From an uncultured Devosiaceae bacterium (lineage in GTDB: Bacteria > Pseudomonadota > Alphaproteobacteria > Rhizobiales > Devosiaceae): a stretch of DNA of 52,959 nt. The position numbers and the translations under genes were made by a program. The notes under the pieces were generated by a model. The model saw only the letters and a program-made list of their open reading frames with translations. It was not told the DNA's origin and searched no databases. How positions within the stretch are numbered: position 1 is the stretch's first letter; each line of letters starts with the position of its first letter. The stretch spans positions 1 to 52,959 of the forward strand of contig CAZNHG010000001.1 of NCBI GenBank assembly GCA_964572555.1. Reading direction: 5' to 3'. This document shows positions 37,514 through 47,793 of this stretch, piece after piece.

Positions 37514-38638
37514 ATGAAGAAGCGCAAGACCAAACGCCGGCGCAGTGCGCTGGTCGACATTCTCAATGGCGTGCTGTCGCTGGTGATCCTCGCCATCATC
37601 GCGGTGGTCGGCGTGGTCATGTTTGCGGCGCACGAGTTCTATCAATCGGATGAGACGCAGCAGGAGACCACGTTCCAGATACACGCCGGAACAGGGCTGT
37701 CGACGATTGCGGCGCGCCTGGAGGATGCCGGGCTCATCGACAACCGATGGGTTTTCCAGTTCGGTGCGCTTGCAAACAGCAAGGCCCGCGAGATCAAGGC
37801 GGGAGAGTTCCGTATCGCGCGCGGCGCCAGCATGGCGGATATCCTCACCGAAATCACCGAAGGCGAGCCGATTACCTATTCGGTGACAGTGCCGGAGGGT
37901 TTTACCTCGTGGCAGGTTGTCGAGCGGGTCAGGGCCAGGACCGAATTGACGGGCGATATCGAGACCGTGCCGGAAGAAGGCACGCTTCTGCCCGACACCT
38001 ACATCTTCCAGCGCGGGGACGAGCGCAGCGAGATCATCCAGCGCATGCGCGCGGCACAGGACGAGGCGCTCGCGGAGATCTGGGCCAGCCGTGAACCCGA
38101 CCTGCCGCTCGAAACACCGGAAGACCTGGTAACGCTGGCTTCCATTGTCGAGAAGGAAACCGGTGTCCCTGACGAGCGGCCGGAGGTCGCAGCGGTGTTC
38201 ATCAATAGGCTGGAGCGGGGCATGCGGCTTCAGTCCGATCCCACTATCATCTACGGCATTACGAACGGTGAGGGGGCGCTCGGCCGAGGGCTGACGCGCT
38301 CGGAGATCGAAGAGGAAACGCCCTACAACACGTATGTCGTGGACGGGTTGCCGGCGGGGCCCATCGCCAATCCCGGCATCGAGGCCATGCGCGCCGTGGC
38401 GAATCCGGCCGAAAGCGACGCGCTCTATTTCGTTGCCGCCGGTGCGAACCCCTCCCAGGGCCATGTTTTCGCCCAGTCCTATGACGAACATCGCGAGAAT
38501 GTTGCGCAGTACCGGGCGGCGCTCGAAGAGGCGGCGGCCGTGGAAGGAGCCGAGGCGGAGGCGGCCCGCGACGAGCTTCAGGCCGAAGAGGCCGAGCAGG
38601 CGGGCAACGGGGCGGCACAACAGGAAACAGAGCAATAA
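37514..38638 (+). CDS. mltG: endolytic murein transglycosylase MltG (YceG family)
   Basis: ATG at 37514 (MKKRKTKRRRSALVDILNG followed by a TM helix). LASIVEKETGVPDERPEVAAVFINRL, LQSDPTIIYG and YNTY..GLP.GPIANPG motifs. Confidence 0.88.
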   Translation: MKKRKTKRRRSALVDILNGVLSLVILAIIAVVGVVMFAAHEFYQSDETQQETTFQIHAGTGLSTIAARLEDAGLIDNRWVFQFGALANSKAREIKAGEFRIARGASMADILTEITEGEPITYSVTVPEGFTSWQVVERVRARTELTGDIETVPEEGTLLPDTYIFQRGDERSEIIQRMRAAQDEALAEIWASREPDLPLETPEDLVTLASIVEKETGVPDERPEVAAVFINRLERGMRLQSDPTIIYGITNGEGALGRGLTRSEIEEETPYNTYVVDGLPAGPIANPGIEAMRAVANPAESDALYFVAAGANPSQGHVFAQSYDEHRENVAQYRAALEEAAAVEGAEAEAARDELQAEEAEQAGNGAAQQETEQ

Positions 38639-38678
38639 CGCGGCGGGGCGGCACGCCGGACATCAGGAAATGAAATCC

Positions 38679-39572
38679 ATGACCCAGCCGCTGGCTTCGA
38701 TGACCGGTTACGCCCGCATGAGCGGGTCATCCGGCCATTGCAGCTTCGATATCGAGATCAAGTCGGTCAACGCGCGTGGCCTGGACGTACGCCTGCGTCT
38801 GGCCTCTGGACTGGACGCGCTTGAGCCGGAGGTGCGCAAGCGGGTAAACGAGACCCTGACCCGCGGATCGGTTTCGGTCGGAATTTCGATGCGGCGCGAG
38901 GGACCGGGCGGCGAGCTGTTCGTCAACCAGCAGGCGCTGGGTGCGGTGCTCGATACGCTCGAAGCCTTGTCGGGCCGGCTCGATGCGGATCGGCCGCGTC
39001 TCGATGGCGTACTGGCGCTGCCCGGGGTGCTGGAAACACGGGAAGCGCCATTGTCGCCGGACACCGAGGACGCACTGCATGCGGCCGTTATCGAGACGCT
39101 CGAGACCTGTCTCGACGATCTGGTGGCATCGCGGCGGACCGAAGGCGAACGGATCGCCGGGGCGTTGCGGGAGCGTATCGACGAGATCGAGGAACTGGCC
39201 ACCAGGGCCGACGAGCATCCGGCACGCAGCCGCGAGGCCGTTCTCGAGCGCCTGCGCGCCCAGGTCGCGGAACTGGGCGAGGCCGGGGCGGAACTGTCAC
39301 AGGAGCGGTTGCACCAGGAAGCCATGCTGCTGGCGACCAAGGCCGATATCCGAGAGGAGCTCGACCGGTTGAAAGCGCATGTCGCGACGGCGCGCGAACT
39401 GATGGCAGGTGGCGGGCCGGTCGGGCGCAAGCTCGACTTTCTTTCACAGGAGTTTAACCGCGAGGCGAATACCTTGTGCTCCAAGGCGAACGCCGTCGAT
39501 CTCACCGCTATCGGTCTTGACCTCAAGGCGGCGATCGATCAACTGCGCGAGCAAGTTCAGAACATAGAGTAG
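38679..39572 (+). CDS. yicC: YicC family stress-induced protein
   Basis: Start at 38679 (or at 38670). SMTGYAR N-terminus. C-terminal GRKLDFLSQEFNREANTLCSKA. Confidence 0.85.
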   Translation: MTQPLASMTGYARMSGSSGHCSFDIEIKSVNARGLDVRLRLASGLDALEPEVRKRVNETLTRGSVSVGISMRREGPGGELFVNQQALGAVLDTLEALSGRLDADRPRLDGVLALPGVLETREAPLSPDTEDALHAAVIETLETCLDDLVASRRTEGERIAGALRERIDEIEELATRADEHPARSREAVLERLRAQVAELGEAGAELSQERLHQEAMLLATKADIREELDRLKAHVATARELMAGGGPVGRKLDFLSQEFNREANTLCSKANAVDLTAIGLDLKAAIDQLREQVQNIE

Positions 39573-39587
39573 GAGCCGAGCCCCGCC

Positions 39588-40229
39588 ATGAATTTCGAAC
39601 GCCGCGGCGTGATGCTGGTGATCGCGTCCCCGTCGGGTGCAGGCAAGACGTCGATCTCGCGGACCATTCTGGCGCAGGAGGACAACCTGTCGCTGTCGGT
39701 TTCCGTGACGACCCGCGAGCGCCGCAGCAGCGAGGTGGATGGAGTGCACTATCACTTCATCTCGCGGGGCCAGTTCGATTCCATGCGGGAAAACAATCAG
39801 TTGCTCGAATGGGCCGAGGTGCATGGCAACTTCTATGCGACGCCGCGCGCGCAGGTCGAAGAACTGATCGCGGGGGGCAACGACATCATGTTCGATATCG
39901 ACTGGCAGGGAACCCAGCAGCTCTACGAAACCTGCCGGCCGGACATGGTGACCATCTTCGTGCTGCCACCGTCCATCGCCGAGCTGAAGTCGCGATTGGA
40001 GCACCGGGCGCAGGATACGCCCGAGGCGATCAACCGGCGCCTGCTCAATGCGCGCGAGGAAATGGCGCATTGGGACGAGTACGACTACGTGCTCATCAAT
40101 GACGACCTCGACACGAGTTGTCAGAGGGTGACCGAGATTCTGGCGTCGGCCCGGCAGTGGCGGCGGCGGCAGGTCGGCATCGGCGGCTTCGTCGCGGAGC
40201 TTCAGGAAGAGATCGACCGGTTGCAGTAG
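39588..40229 (+). CDS. gmk: guanylate kinase
   Basis: 213 aa. P-loop SPSGAGKTS, TTRERR..E.DGV.YHF and WAEVHGNFYATP motifs. Confidence 0.93.
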   Translation: MNFERRGVMLVIASPSGAGKTSISRTILAQEDNLSLSVSVTTRERRSSEVDGVHYHFISRGQFDSMRENNQLLEWAEVHGNFYATPRAQVEELIAGGNDIMFDIDWQGTQQLYETCRPDMVTIFVLPPSIAELKSRLEHRAQDTPEAINRRLLNAREEMAHWDEYDYVLINDDLDTSCQRVTEILASARQWRRRQVGIGGFVAELQEEIDRLQ

Positions 40230-40238
40230 GTCGGGGAG

Positions 40239-41093
40239 CTAGCGCGCCGCTGCCCGCTGCCTGGCAAGTGCGCGTGCGATATCCAGAAACGTCCTGATGG
40301 GCAGCGTTTCCGCGCGTTCCGTGCCGATCAGCCCGACTTCCGCGAACAATTTGTCGAGCGGCAGGCCGAGCCCTTTCAGGCTCTGGCGGATCATCTTGCG
40401 GCGCTTGCCGAACGCTTCGCGCGTGACATCCTCCAGTACGTCGACGGGAACGTCCGGATCGACACTGCGCGGCTCCAGATGGACGACCGAGGAGGTCACC
40501 TTGGGCGGCGGGGTGAAGGCGCTCTTGTCGACGTTGAACGCAATGTCGGCGTGGCTGCGCCAGCCTGCGAGAACGCCGAGCCGGCCGTAGGACTTGGTGC
40601 CCGGCCTTGCGCAGATGCGCTCGGCCACTTCGCGCTGGAACATCAGTGTCATGCTCTCGAAGAATGGCGGCCACGGCTCCGTCGTCAGCCAGCCGGTGAG
40701 AAGCGGCGTGGCGACGTTGTAGGGCAGGTTGGCGACGATCTTCACGGGACCGTCCGCAAGGCTGGCATAGTCGATCTCGAGCGCGTCGGCTGAAATGACC
40801 TCGAGCCTGCCCGGATAGTGGTCGGAGATTTCCATGAGCGCGGGCAGAGTGCGCTCGTCGCGCTCGATGGCGATGACCTTGTCGGCGCCCTCGGCCAGGA
40901 GGGCCCGCGTCAGGCCGCCGGGACCGGGACCGACCTCGATGACGGTGCAGCCCGTCAAACGGCCCGCGGTGCGGGCGATGCGGGCCGTAAGGTTAAGATC
41001 GAGCAGGAAATTCTGCCCCAGATCCTTTCGAGCCCACAGGTCATGTGCAGTGATGACCTCGCGCAAGGGTGGGAGCCCGTCTATCGCGCTCAT
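40239..41093 (-). CDS. rsmA: 16S rRNA (adenine1518/1519-N6)-dimethyltransferase
   Basis: 284 aa. LGQNFLLD and SAM motif [12 protein letters not shown]. Overlaps the pdxA stop. Confidence 0.93.
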   Translation of the reverse strand: MSAIDGLPPLREVITAHDLWARKDLGQNFLLDLNLTARIARTAGRLTGCTVIEVGPGPGGLTRALLAEGADKVIAIERDERTLPALMEISDHYPGRLEVISADALEIDYASLADGPVKIVANLPYNVATPLLTGWLTTEPWPPFFESMTLMFQREVAERICARPGTKSYGRLGVLAGWRSHADIAFNVDKSAFTPPPKVTSSVVHLEPRSVDPDVPVDVLEDVTREAFGKRRKMIRQSLKGLGLPLDKLFAEVGLIGTERAETLPIRTFLDIARALARQRAAAR

Positions 41094-42106
41094 GGCGCTG
41101 CCCGGGTCATGCGGTCGGCGAGCCGGATAGCGGCCAGCAGGCTCGTGGCGGAGGCCTCACCGGTGCCGGCCAGGTCGAGGGCGGTGCCGTGATCGGGCGA
41201 TGTGCGCACGATCGGCAGGCCGAGCGTGACATTGACGCCGCTGTCAAAGGCGACCGTCTTGATCGGGATGAGAGCCTGATCATGGTACATGGCGATCACC
41301 GCGTCGTACTGGCGCCAGTGCGGCGGATGGAAGAGCGTATCGGCCGAGAGTGGCCCGACCGCGTCGATACCGTCCGCGCGCAGGTCTGCTATGGCCGGGG
41401 CGATCCGCTCCTCATCCTCCACGCCGATCGTGCCGTTTTCGCCGGCGTGCGGGTTCAGTCCCGCAATGGCGAGGCGCGGTGCGGCAATGCCGAAGCGTGT
41501 GCGCAGGTCATGCTCGACGATACGGGCGGTTTCATTGACGTGCTCTCGGGTGACAAGGCCCGGAACCTCGGCAAGTGGCACGTGAATGGTCATCGGGACG
41601 GCGCGTAAATCTGCATGCGCCAGCATCATCACCGGTGTAGGCGTTGTGCCGTGGGGGCCGGCGCACAGTGCGGCAAGGAACTCGGTGTGCCCGGGATGCG
41701 TGAAACCCGCATCATAGAGCGCGGCCTTGTGGATCGGCGCAGTGACGAGCCCGCGGCAGGCTCCCTCCAGCGACGCGGCGACGGCCCGCTCGATGGCGCT
41801 CATGACGGTGGCGCCCGCCTTGGGATTCAACCGGCCCGGAGTATCGGCCACGGCATCGCCGATCTCGGCGACGGGTAGGGCGGCCGGAAAAACCTCCGCG
41901 ACGTCCACCGGCGTTGCGGGCTCGACGGAGATGTCGAGACCGAGCCGCCGCGCGCGCTGGTGCAGGAAATCGGCTGCACCGAAAACGAGGAACGCCGGCA
42001 GGCCGAGATCCTGCCGGCGGGCAAAGAGCTGGAGGATCAGGTCGGGACCGATGCCCGCCGGTTCCCCCATGGTAAGGGCAAGAGGGCTTTCCGCTTGCTG
42101 GGCCAT
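41090..42106 (-). CDS. pdxA: 4-hydroxythreonine-4-phosphate dehydrogenase
   Basis: 338 aa. [27 protein letters not shown] and [13 protein letters not shown] motifs. Confidence 0.93.
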   Translation of the reverse strand: MAQQAESPLALTMGEPAGIGPDLILQLFARRQDLGLPAFLVFGAADFLHQRARRLGLDISVEPATPVDVAEVFPAALPVAEIGDAVADTPGRLNPKAGATVMSAIERAVAASLEGACRGLVTAPIHKAALYDAGFTHPGHTEFLAALCAGPHGTTPTPVMMLAHADLRAVPMTIHVPLAEVPGLVTREHVNETARIVEHDLRTRFGIAAPRLAIAGLNPHAGENGTIGVEDEERIAPAIADLRADGIDAVGPLSADTLFHPPHWRQYDAVIAMYHDQALIPIKTVAFDSGVNVTLGLPIVRTSPDHGTALDLAGTGEASATSLLAAIRLADRMTRAAP

Positions 42107-42109
42107 GAT

Positions 42110-43024
42110 CTAGTTGACCGAGATCGCCGCCCTCTGCCTGAGCTCCTCGAGATGGGCGTCTGCCTCCTCCTGCAGCTTCTCGTTGCCCGCTTCCTGGCGC
42201 AGGTCGTTCTTGATGAACGTCAGGTCGTGCGCGGATGCCTTGGAACACACCGCGAGCATGGAAACACCGCGATCCGTAACGCGCGGGGTCGTGATGCCGC
42301 CCTCGGACAGGTTCGCCAGCTCCCGGGCAATCGCGTCGGGCATCTGGGTCGCGTGGCGCCGCCCCACATCGATAACCGCGGCGTCGGTATAGGAAAGCGA
42401 CAAGTCCACTGCGCTGTCGCATCCGCTGAAGCTGCGGCGGTACTGATTGGCCTGGGCGGTGCGCCCCGATGCCGACATGCCGGAGCCGTCGGGCACGAGG
42501 AACAGAACCTCCTTGAGCAGGTAGTCATAGCTCTCCGTTTGCTCGAGCTGTTCTTCGGCCTGCTTCTCGAGTTCGAGATCGGAGATCTGCACACGGGGGG
42601 CGATCATCTGGCGAGTCACCCTCTGCCAGGCGATTCCGGCACGCAAGCGGGCGCGCAGCGTATCGGGATTCACGCCGTTTTCGGTGAGGATGCGCTGAAG
42701 GTTGGCTTCGCTGACATTCATGTTGCGTGCAACGTCCAGAAAGCGGCTCGAGACCTCGCTATCGGTCACACTGATCTCGAGCCGTTCGGCTTCCTGCAGC
42801 TTGAGAGCTTCCTCGATAAGTTCTTCGCGCGCCAATTCGAGACGCGCGCTGTTCGAGCTGCCACGGCGCTCGAGCCGCAGGAGATTGGCACGGGCGCTGA
42901 TCTGGGTGTCCGTGATGGAGGTGTCGTTGACCCGTATGCGCACGGTGGCTGCCCAGGCGGGGCTCGCCAACCCGATGCAAAGCGCAAGGACGGTGACAAC
43001 GGCGCTCAAACGCATGAAATTCAT
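42110..43024 (-). CDS. surA: SurA-like periplasmic chaperone (SurA N-terminal domain protein)
   Basis: Start probably at the ATG at 43024, giving signal peptide MNFMRLSAVVTVLALCIGLASPAWA; the track start is 43039. Its position between lptD and pdxA is the conserved surA slot. Confidence 0.8.
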   Translation of the reverse strand: MNFMRLSAVVTVLALCIGLASPAWAATVRIRVNDTSITDTQISARANLLRLERRGSSNSARLELAREELIEEALKLQEAERLEISVTDSEVSSRFLDVARNMNVSEANLQRILTENGVNPDTLRARLRAGIAWQRVTRQMIAPRVQISDLELEKQAEEQLEQTESYDYLLKEVLFLVPDGSGMSASGRTAQANQYRRSFSGCDSAVDLSLSYTDAAVIDVGRRHATQMPDAIARELANLSEGGITTPRVTDRGVSMLAVCSKASAHDLTFIKNDLRQEAGNEKLQEEADAHLEELRQRAAISVN

Positions 43025-43172
43025 TTTTTGCCTCGGCATAAGTTCATGGGGTCACGGCACCATGGCCGGGACCACCTGTTTATCGTGCTTAGCATTATCC
43101 GCGTGCCGCGCGGAAGTATCGGCAGTGTTTAATACTGCTTTCCGGCGAGAATATGCGCATCGGTTCGCTCGC

Positions 43173-45464
43173 CTAGAAACCGTATCCCTCACCGCCAGGC
43201 CCCTTGAGCATGAAGGACAGGCGGTAGCTCTGGCTTTCCGGGTTCAGAAGCTCGGGGCCGTCCGCCTTATAGGACGCAGTGACGGAGAAGTAGCCGTCGT
43301 CATAGGTCAGGGCCGCCGAGCGATCGAGGAACTCGTCGCTGGTGATATCCCAGCCTGCCGAGGCAGTCGCATACCAATACTCATGCAGCGGGATACGGAC
43401 CGCCCCCCCGACATCGTGCTGAGCCTCCAGGGCTCCAAGCGCCGGATCGGGGGCGGAATAGGCATAGTCGAGCGCCAGGCGCCAGCCCTCGTAGCTGAAG
43501 GCGGCGGCGACGGACCCGTGCTCGATGCTCGCATCGTCCGGGTCGACCTGGGTCTTGGCGCCGAACTCGATATGCTCGTTGACGGCGCCCCGCAGACCGG
43601 CCACCACGTAGGATGCCGTGTCGCCCAGCCCGGTGCTCGTGCCCGTCTGGGCGAGGTCGGATACGCCCAGCGCATTGGTGCCGGCGAGGTGGAAGGACTG
43701 TCCGGCCACGAAATCGAGATAGCTGCCATCGGCGAAATCGGCCATATAGTGGCCGCCGACATTGGCGCGCAGGCCGGTTTCCTGCCGGTCGATACCGGAA
43801 AAACGATTGAAGCTGAACAGGTTCGTATCGTCGAAGAAGAAGCTTTGTGCCTCGTCGTTGGTGATGCCGACCTTCGTCGTATCGCTGCCGCGATAAACGA
43901 TCTGCCCAATGGGTTCGACGATATGCGTTGCGCCTTCGGTAACTGCCGCCAAGGGATACCGAACGTCCAGCGCGGCGATGGGCGTTGCGTTGAACATCTC
44001 CGTTTGGCCGGGCATGAGCCCGCTCGCCCCGTCATAGGCGGCGAAGTCCGTGCGCAGGCCGGCATAGGGTGTCAGCAGAATGCCCGCGGACGTCGTCCAC
44101 TGTTTGCTCCAGCCGCCCTGGACCATGCCGTGCAGCTTGTTGCCCTCGAGACCCTCGACATAGGTAACGCCGTTGGCCGTGCTCGTGCTGTCCGCGGCGC
44201 GGCTGGCATTGAGCAGCTTGCCCGAGACCTCGATACGCCCGGCATCATGCCCCAGGTCCTGCACGTGCTCGAAGCGCGCCGTCGGCAATGCCAGGGCCTG
44301 CTTGTCCTGATCGTCGGCTGCAACGCCGGAACTCTCGTCGAGCTGAACGAACTCCTGCACCCGCACGTCCCCGAACGTATCGGGGTTCAGATAGGTGGCG
44401 TAGGCCTGATTGATGCTCGACTGGCGGATGGGCAGGTCGTAGTCGCGGAGATAGCCGCGATCGGAATGCAGCGAGTAGGCGCCGCCGACCGTCCAGTTCT
44501 CGGTCGGCGTGAACTTCGCGCTCGCTTGAACCGCGCCGCGCCAGTCCTCGTCGCCGACCGTGCCGGCAAATGCGCCGCGATCGAACTGGTAGAGGCCGGA
44601 CGCGGTGACCGAGACCTCGCCCAGTTCCCCGAAACGGTGGTCGACCCTCGTGCTGAGCAGCCCGCCCTGACGGGTCAACAGGGTCGGCGTGACGATCAGG
44701 TCCGTATCGAGGCTGACCGGGTAGAAATAGGGAAAATCGACTTTCAGCCCGTACTTCTCGGCATAGCTGTAGCTGGGGAGCCGGAACCCCTTGGCGCGCG
44801 GATTGGACGGATCGGGGAGCCGCACCCAGGGCAGCCAGGCGACGGGATAGCCGAGAACTTCCAGAATGGGCTGCTCAAGGTCGATGAGCTCGTTCTGCTG
44901 ATCGTAGACCATACGCTCGGTGCGCACCCGCCAGCCGATCCGGCGCCCTTTGTCGTCGATGCAGGTGCCACAGGGCGCATAGGTGCCGTCTTCGAGAATC
45001 GTGACGGTATCTTCGTCATGCAGGGTCTGGGACGCCGTGATCCTGGCGCCGTCCCGGGTCACCAGGACCATGGAATCGAGGATCGCCTTCTTGAAATTGC
45101 CCGTCACCTCGATGCGGTCGGCGGCGTATTCGGTACCACGCGGATCGCGGATGACGACATTGCCGATGAGCGTGACATCTTCGGTTCGCCGGTCGAAGAC
45201 CAGCTTGTCGGCTGTTGCGAAATAGCCGCGATAGGCCATATCGACCTGTCCGCTCGCGGTGATCACGCCTTCTGAATTCTGGGAAAGATAGTCGGATTCG
45301 ATGGCCGCCTGCTTGTCGCCGGGCTCGGGAACGCGATCGAAGAAGTCCTCGGGCAGGAGGGCGGCGAAAGCCGTCGCGGGAAGCAAGCACAGGGGCAGCA
45401 AGAGGCCGGCAGCAAAGGCCCGGCGCACCCCCGATCTCCAACCCAACTCACGGCGTCGACGCAT
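43173..45464 (-). CDS. lptD: LPS-assembly outer membrane protein LptD
   Basis: 763 aa with a signal peptide, an N-terminal OstA-like region (ADRIEVTGNFKKAIL..) and a large C-terminal beta-barrel ending in an aromatic residue (...EGYGF). Confidence 0.9.
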   Translation of the reverse strand: MRRRRELGWRSGVRRAFAAGLLLPLCLLPATAFAALLPEDFFDRVPEPGDKQAAIESDYLSQNSEGVITASGQVDMAYRGYFATADKLVFDRRTEDVTLIGNVVIRDPRGTEYAADRIEVTGNFKKAILDSMVLVTRDGARITASQTLHDEDTVTILEDGTYAPCGTCIDDKGRRIGWRVRTERMVYDQQNELIDLEQPILEVLGYPVAWLPWVRLPDPSNPRAKGFRLPSYSYAEKYGLKVDFPYFYPVSLDTDLIVTPTLLTRQGGLLSTRVDHRFGELGEVSVTASGLYQFDRGAFAGTVGDEDWRGAVQASAKFTPTENWTVGGAYSLHSDRGYLRDYDLPIRQSSINQAYATYLNPDTFGDVRVQEFVQLDESSGVAADDQDKQALALPTARFEHVQDLGHDAGRIEVSGKLLNASRAADSTSTANGVTYVEGLEGNKLHGMVQGGWSKQWTTSAGILLTPYAGLRTDFAAYDGASGLMPGQTEMFNATPIAALDVRYPLAAVTEGATHIVEPIGQIVYRGSDTTKVGITNDEAQSFFFDDTNLFSFNRFSGIDRQETGLRANVGGHYMADFADGSYLDFVAGQSFHLAGTNALGVSDLAQTGTSTGLGDTASYVVAGLRGAVNEHIEFGAKTQVDPDDASIEHGSVAAAFSYEGWRLALDYAYSAPDPALGALEAQHDVGGAVRIPLHEYWYATASAGWDITSDEFLDRSAALTYDDGYFSVTASYKADGPELLNPESQSYRLSFMLKGPGGEGYGF

Positions 45465-46534
45465 TACGCTCGCCCATCCTCCTTGTACAGCAGCACCGTC
45501 ACGCCAATGACGATTGCCACTATCGCGGGCCCCCAGGCTGCGAATGTGGGGTCGAGAACCCCGGCCGACCCGGCCCGGTCAGCCATCTCGGTGATCACAA
45601 ACACAACAAACCCCAATACGATACCGTACAGGATCGTACCGCCATATGAACCGGTTCTTCGATAACCGGCGGTAAATGCGAATGCAATTAACAAAGAGCC
45701 AACGAGAAGGCCGGGCAGGGCCATCAGCTTGGCAAAGCGCATGGCCGCAGCCGCCTGGGCGACAGGATCGGCCAGGCCCGACGCCAATGCCTGCTGCAAT
45801 TCGAAGAACGTGAAATCGTCGCCCGTGGTCAGGCGCAGTTCCAGTTCGGCCCGGGTGCTGGTGGTGTCGACAGTGTATTCCGGCACGAAGCGCGGGAATT
45901 GGTTCGAGGCGAGAAGCAGGGCGCTTTCGAGCTGCCACTCGCCTTGAGTCAGCGTGGCGTGATCCGCCTCGATCCGCCTGATTTCCCGTCCGCGCGGCAG
46001 AAAGAACGTGGCGTCGTCCAGAATATGCGCCTCGCGGCCGGTGCGCGTGGCCTGGATGACGATACGGCCGTCCGTACTGTCCTGTTCGAGCCAGACATTG
46101 TTCGGTCCGCCGATGTTGTTGTCGGTCAGGCGTGGAACCTTTTCGATGCCGCGGCTGAGCTCGGTGACCTGGGCGTCGACGACCAGGCTGACGAAGATGC
46201 TGCCAAGGACGATAAACACGACGGGGCCGCGCAGGATGCGCCAGATGGAGAAGCCACTGGCCTTGATGACCATGAGCTCGCGGCTGCGCTGCAGTTCAAT
46301 AAGCGCGATGATTGCCCCCAGAAGTACCGTCACCGGCAGCACCTTGATGCTCCAGCTGGCAGCGGCGGTGAAGATGGCGAGAAAGGCGAAGGCGCGTCCC
46401 TGGTTCTCCGCGAGGTAATCGAACCGCCAGCCGTCCATGGACTCGATGAGGACGATCAGGCCGAAAAAGATGACGACCACACCGATGATGCGCGAGGCCA
46501 TGCGCCGGGTGAGAAGCCAATCGATCCGGGTCAT
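45464..46534 (-). CDS. lptG: LPS export ABC transporter permease LptG
   Basis: The ATG at 46534 follows a GGAGG RBS and overlaps the lptF stop (ATGA). YjgP/YjgQ-type 6-TM protein with a periplasmic beta-jellyroll insert. Confidence 0.88.
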   Translation of the reverse strand: MTRIDWLLTRRMASRIIGVVVIFFGLIVLIESMDGWRFDYLAENQGRAFAFLAIFTAAASWSIKVLPVTVLLGAIIALIELQRSRELMVIKASGFSIWRILRGPVVFIVLGSIFVSLVVDAQVTELSRGIEKVPRLTDNNIGGPNNVWLEQDSTDGRIVIQATRTGREAHILDDATFFLPRGREIRRIEADHATLTQGEWQLESALLLASNQFPRFVPEYTVDTTSTRAELELRLTTGDDFTFFELQQALASGLADPVAQAAAAMRFAKLMALPGLLVGSLLIAFAFTAGYRRTGSYGGTILYGIVLGFVVFVITEMADRAGSAGVLDPTFAAWGPAIVAIVIGVTVLLYKEDGRA

Positions 46535-47625
46535 GCCGGCCTCCGTCTCATCAGCATGAGGCGCTGGCCGAAGAGCTTCGCCGCAGTCAGAACCAGCGCG
46601 AGACATAGCAGAAGCACCGCGCCGGTATACTTGCCGTCGGGGCCCAGCGTGTCCTCGGCAACCGACACGATGACGCGGTCACTCAGGCCGAGCACGAGCA
46701 CTACGACTTCTGCCGGTATCCTGTGGTTCGTTCGTCTGCCGTGCGGGAAGGCCGCCATCGCCGCCGCGACGAGGCAAAGCGCGAGCACGCGGGCCATGTC
46801 GGCAAAACGTTCATGGATCCGGGCCCACGCCCTGCGGTCCGTTTCGCCATCCATGACGGCCCCGATGATCTGGGGCGTTGTCTGTTCGGAAAAGTCGGTT
46901 GCCGAACCGTTCACCCCGCGCGGCCTGTCGAGGCCAACTTCGTACTGGCTGAAACCGATTTCGGTGAAGTCGTCACCTTCGCGCAGATACTGGACGGCAC
47001 CATTGCGGAGGCGGACGTTGTAGCCATCATCGGATATGACGATGACGGCGCTGTCGGCGACATAGGTGCGCGCCGAATCGGGGTCGCGGGTGTCGTGGGC
47101 GAAGAAGTTGGTGATCGTGCCGTCACGCTCGCGTCCGCCGATGATGACGACGAGGCCCGGCGTGACTTCGGAGAACCGGTGCGGGCTCAGGGCGCGGCCC
47201 ACCAGGTCCGCCGCGACCTGTTCCTGCCAGCGCGCGTAGGTCTTGCCGGCCAGCGGCTCGACCCAGTGCGCGAGCAGGCCCGTGAAGATGAGGCCCGCCC
47301 CGATGAAGACGATGACGGCCTGCCATATTGCACCGGTCCGGCCGCTGGCGTGGATCGTGTGAAGCTCGCGTGTCGATTGCAGGGTGCGCAATCCGCGCAC
47401 AAGGCCGATGCCCATGCAGATATAAGTGATGGTCAGCGTCAGGGGCGGCGTTGTCAGGAGCGACTGGCCGAGCAAAGTGAGCATATCCTGCCCCTTCGCC
47501 GTGACGAGGTCGAACAGGCGCAGGGTCTGGGTTATATAGACAAGGAAGATCGCGACGATGAGAAAGGACAGCGCCTCGGCAGAAAACAGCTTCACCAAGT
47601 ATCTGCTCAGGCGCGACATGGGCAA
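46531..47625 (-). CDS. lptF: LPS export ABC transporter permease LptF
   Basis: 364 aa. MSRLSRYL N-terminus typical of the YjgP/YjgQ family. Adjacent to lptG. Confidence 0.88.
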   Translation of the reverse strand: MPMSRLSRYLVKLFSAEALSFLIVAIFLVYITQTLRLFDLVTAKGQDMLTLLGQSLLTTPPLTLTITYICMGIGLVRGLRTLQSTRELHTIHASGRTGAIWQAVIVFIGAGLIFTGLLAHWVEPLAGKTYARWQEQVAADLVGRALSPHRFSEVTPGLVVIIGGRERDGTITNFFAHDTRDPDSARTYVADSAVIVISDDGYNVRLRNGAVQYLREGDDFTEIGFSQYEVGLDRPRGVNGSATDFSEQTTPQIIGAVMDGETDRRAWARIHERFADMARVLALCLVAAAMAAFPHGRRTNHRIPAEVVVLVLGLSDRVIVSVAEDTLGPDGKYTGAVLLLCLALVLTAAKLFGQRLMLMRRRPA

Positions 47626-47793
47626 AGCTCTACACTCTCAGACGGCCCGGTCAACGCTTTTTCCCGGCTTTTGCCAAGGCTCGACCCGGGATTGACCGGG
47701 CGCCCAAACTGACTATTTCTGAATGATACGGTTTCCTGCCGGACCATGGTTTCCTCAGGTCCGCCCGTCCATACAAAAGCGATTCACTCATTC

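Noticed and set aside
42702-45275. 857-aa ORF on the plus strand across surA and lptD. Similar long ORFs occur at 47788..50442 (-), 50351..52144 (+), 17545..19677 (+), 22204..24294 (+), 26791..28455 (-) and 15420..17195 (+).
   Set aside because: All lie opposite or out of frame to well-supported genes (lptD, pepA/holC, ABC-F, liv genes, aacS, sugar transporter). All have low-complexity Arg/Gly/Asp-rich translations. They are GC-bias shadow ORFs.
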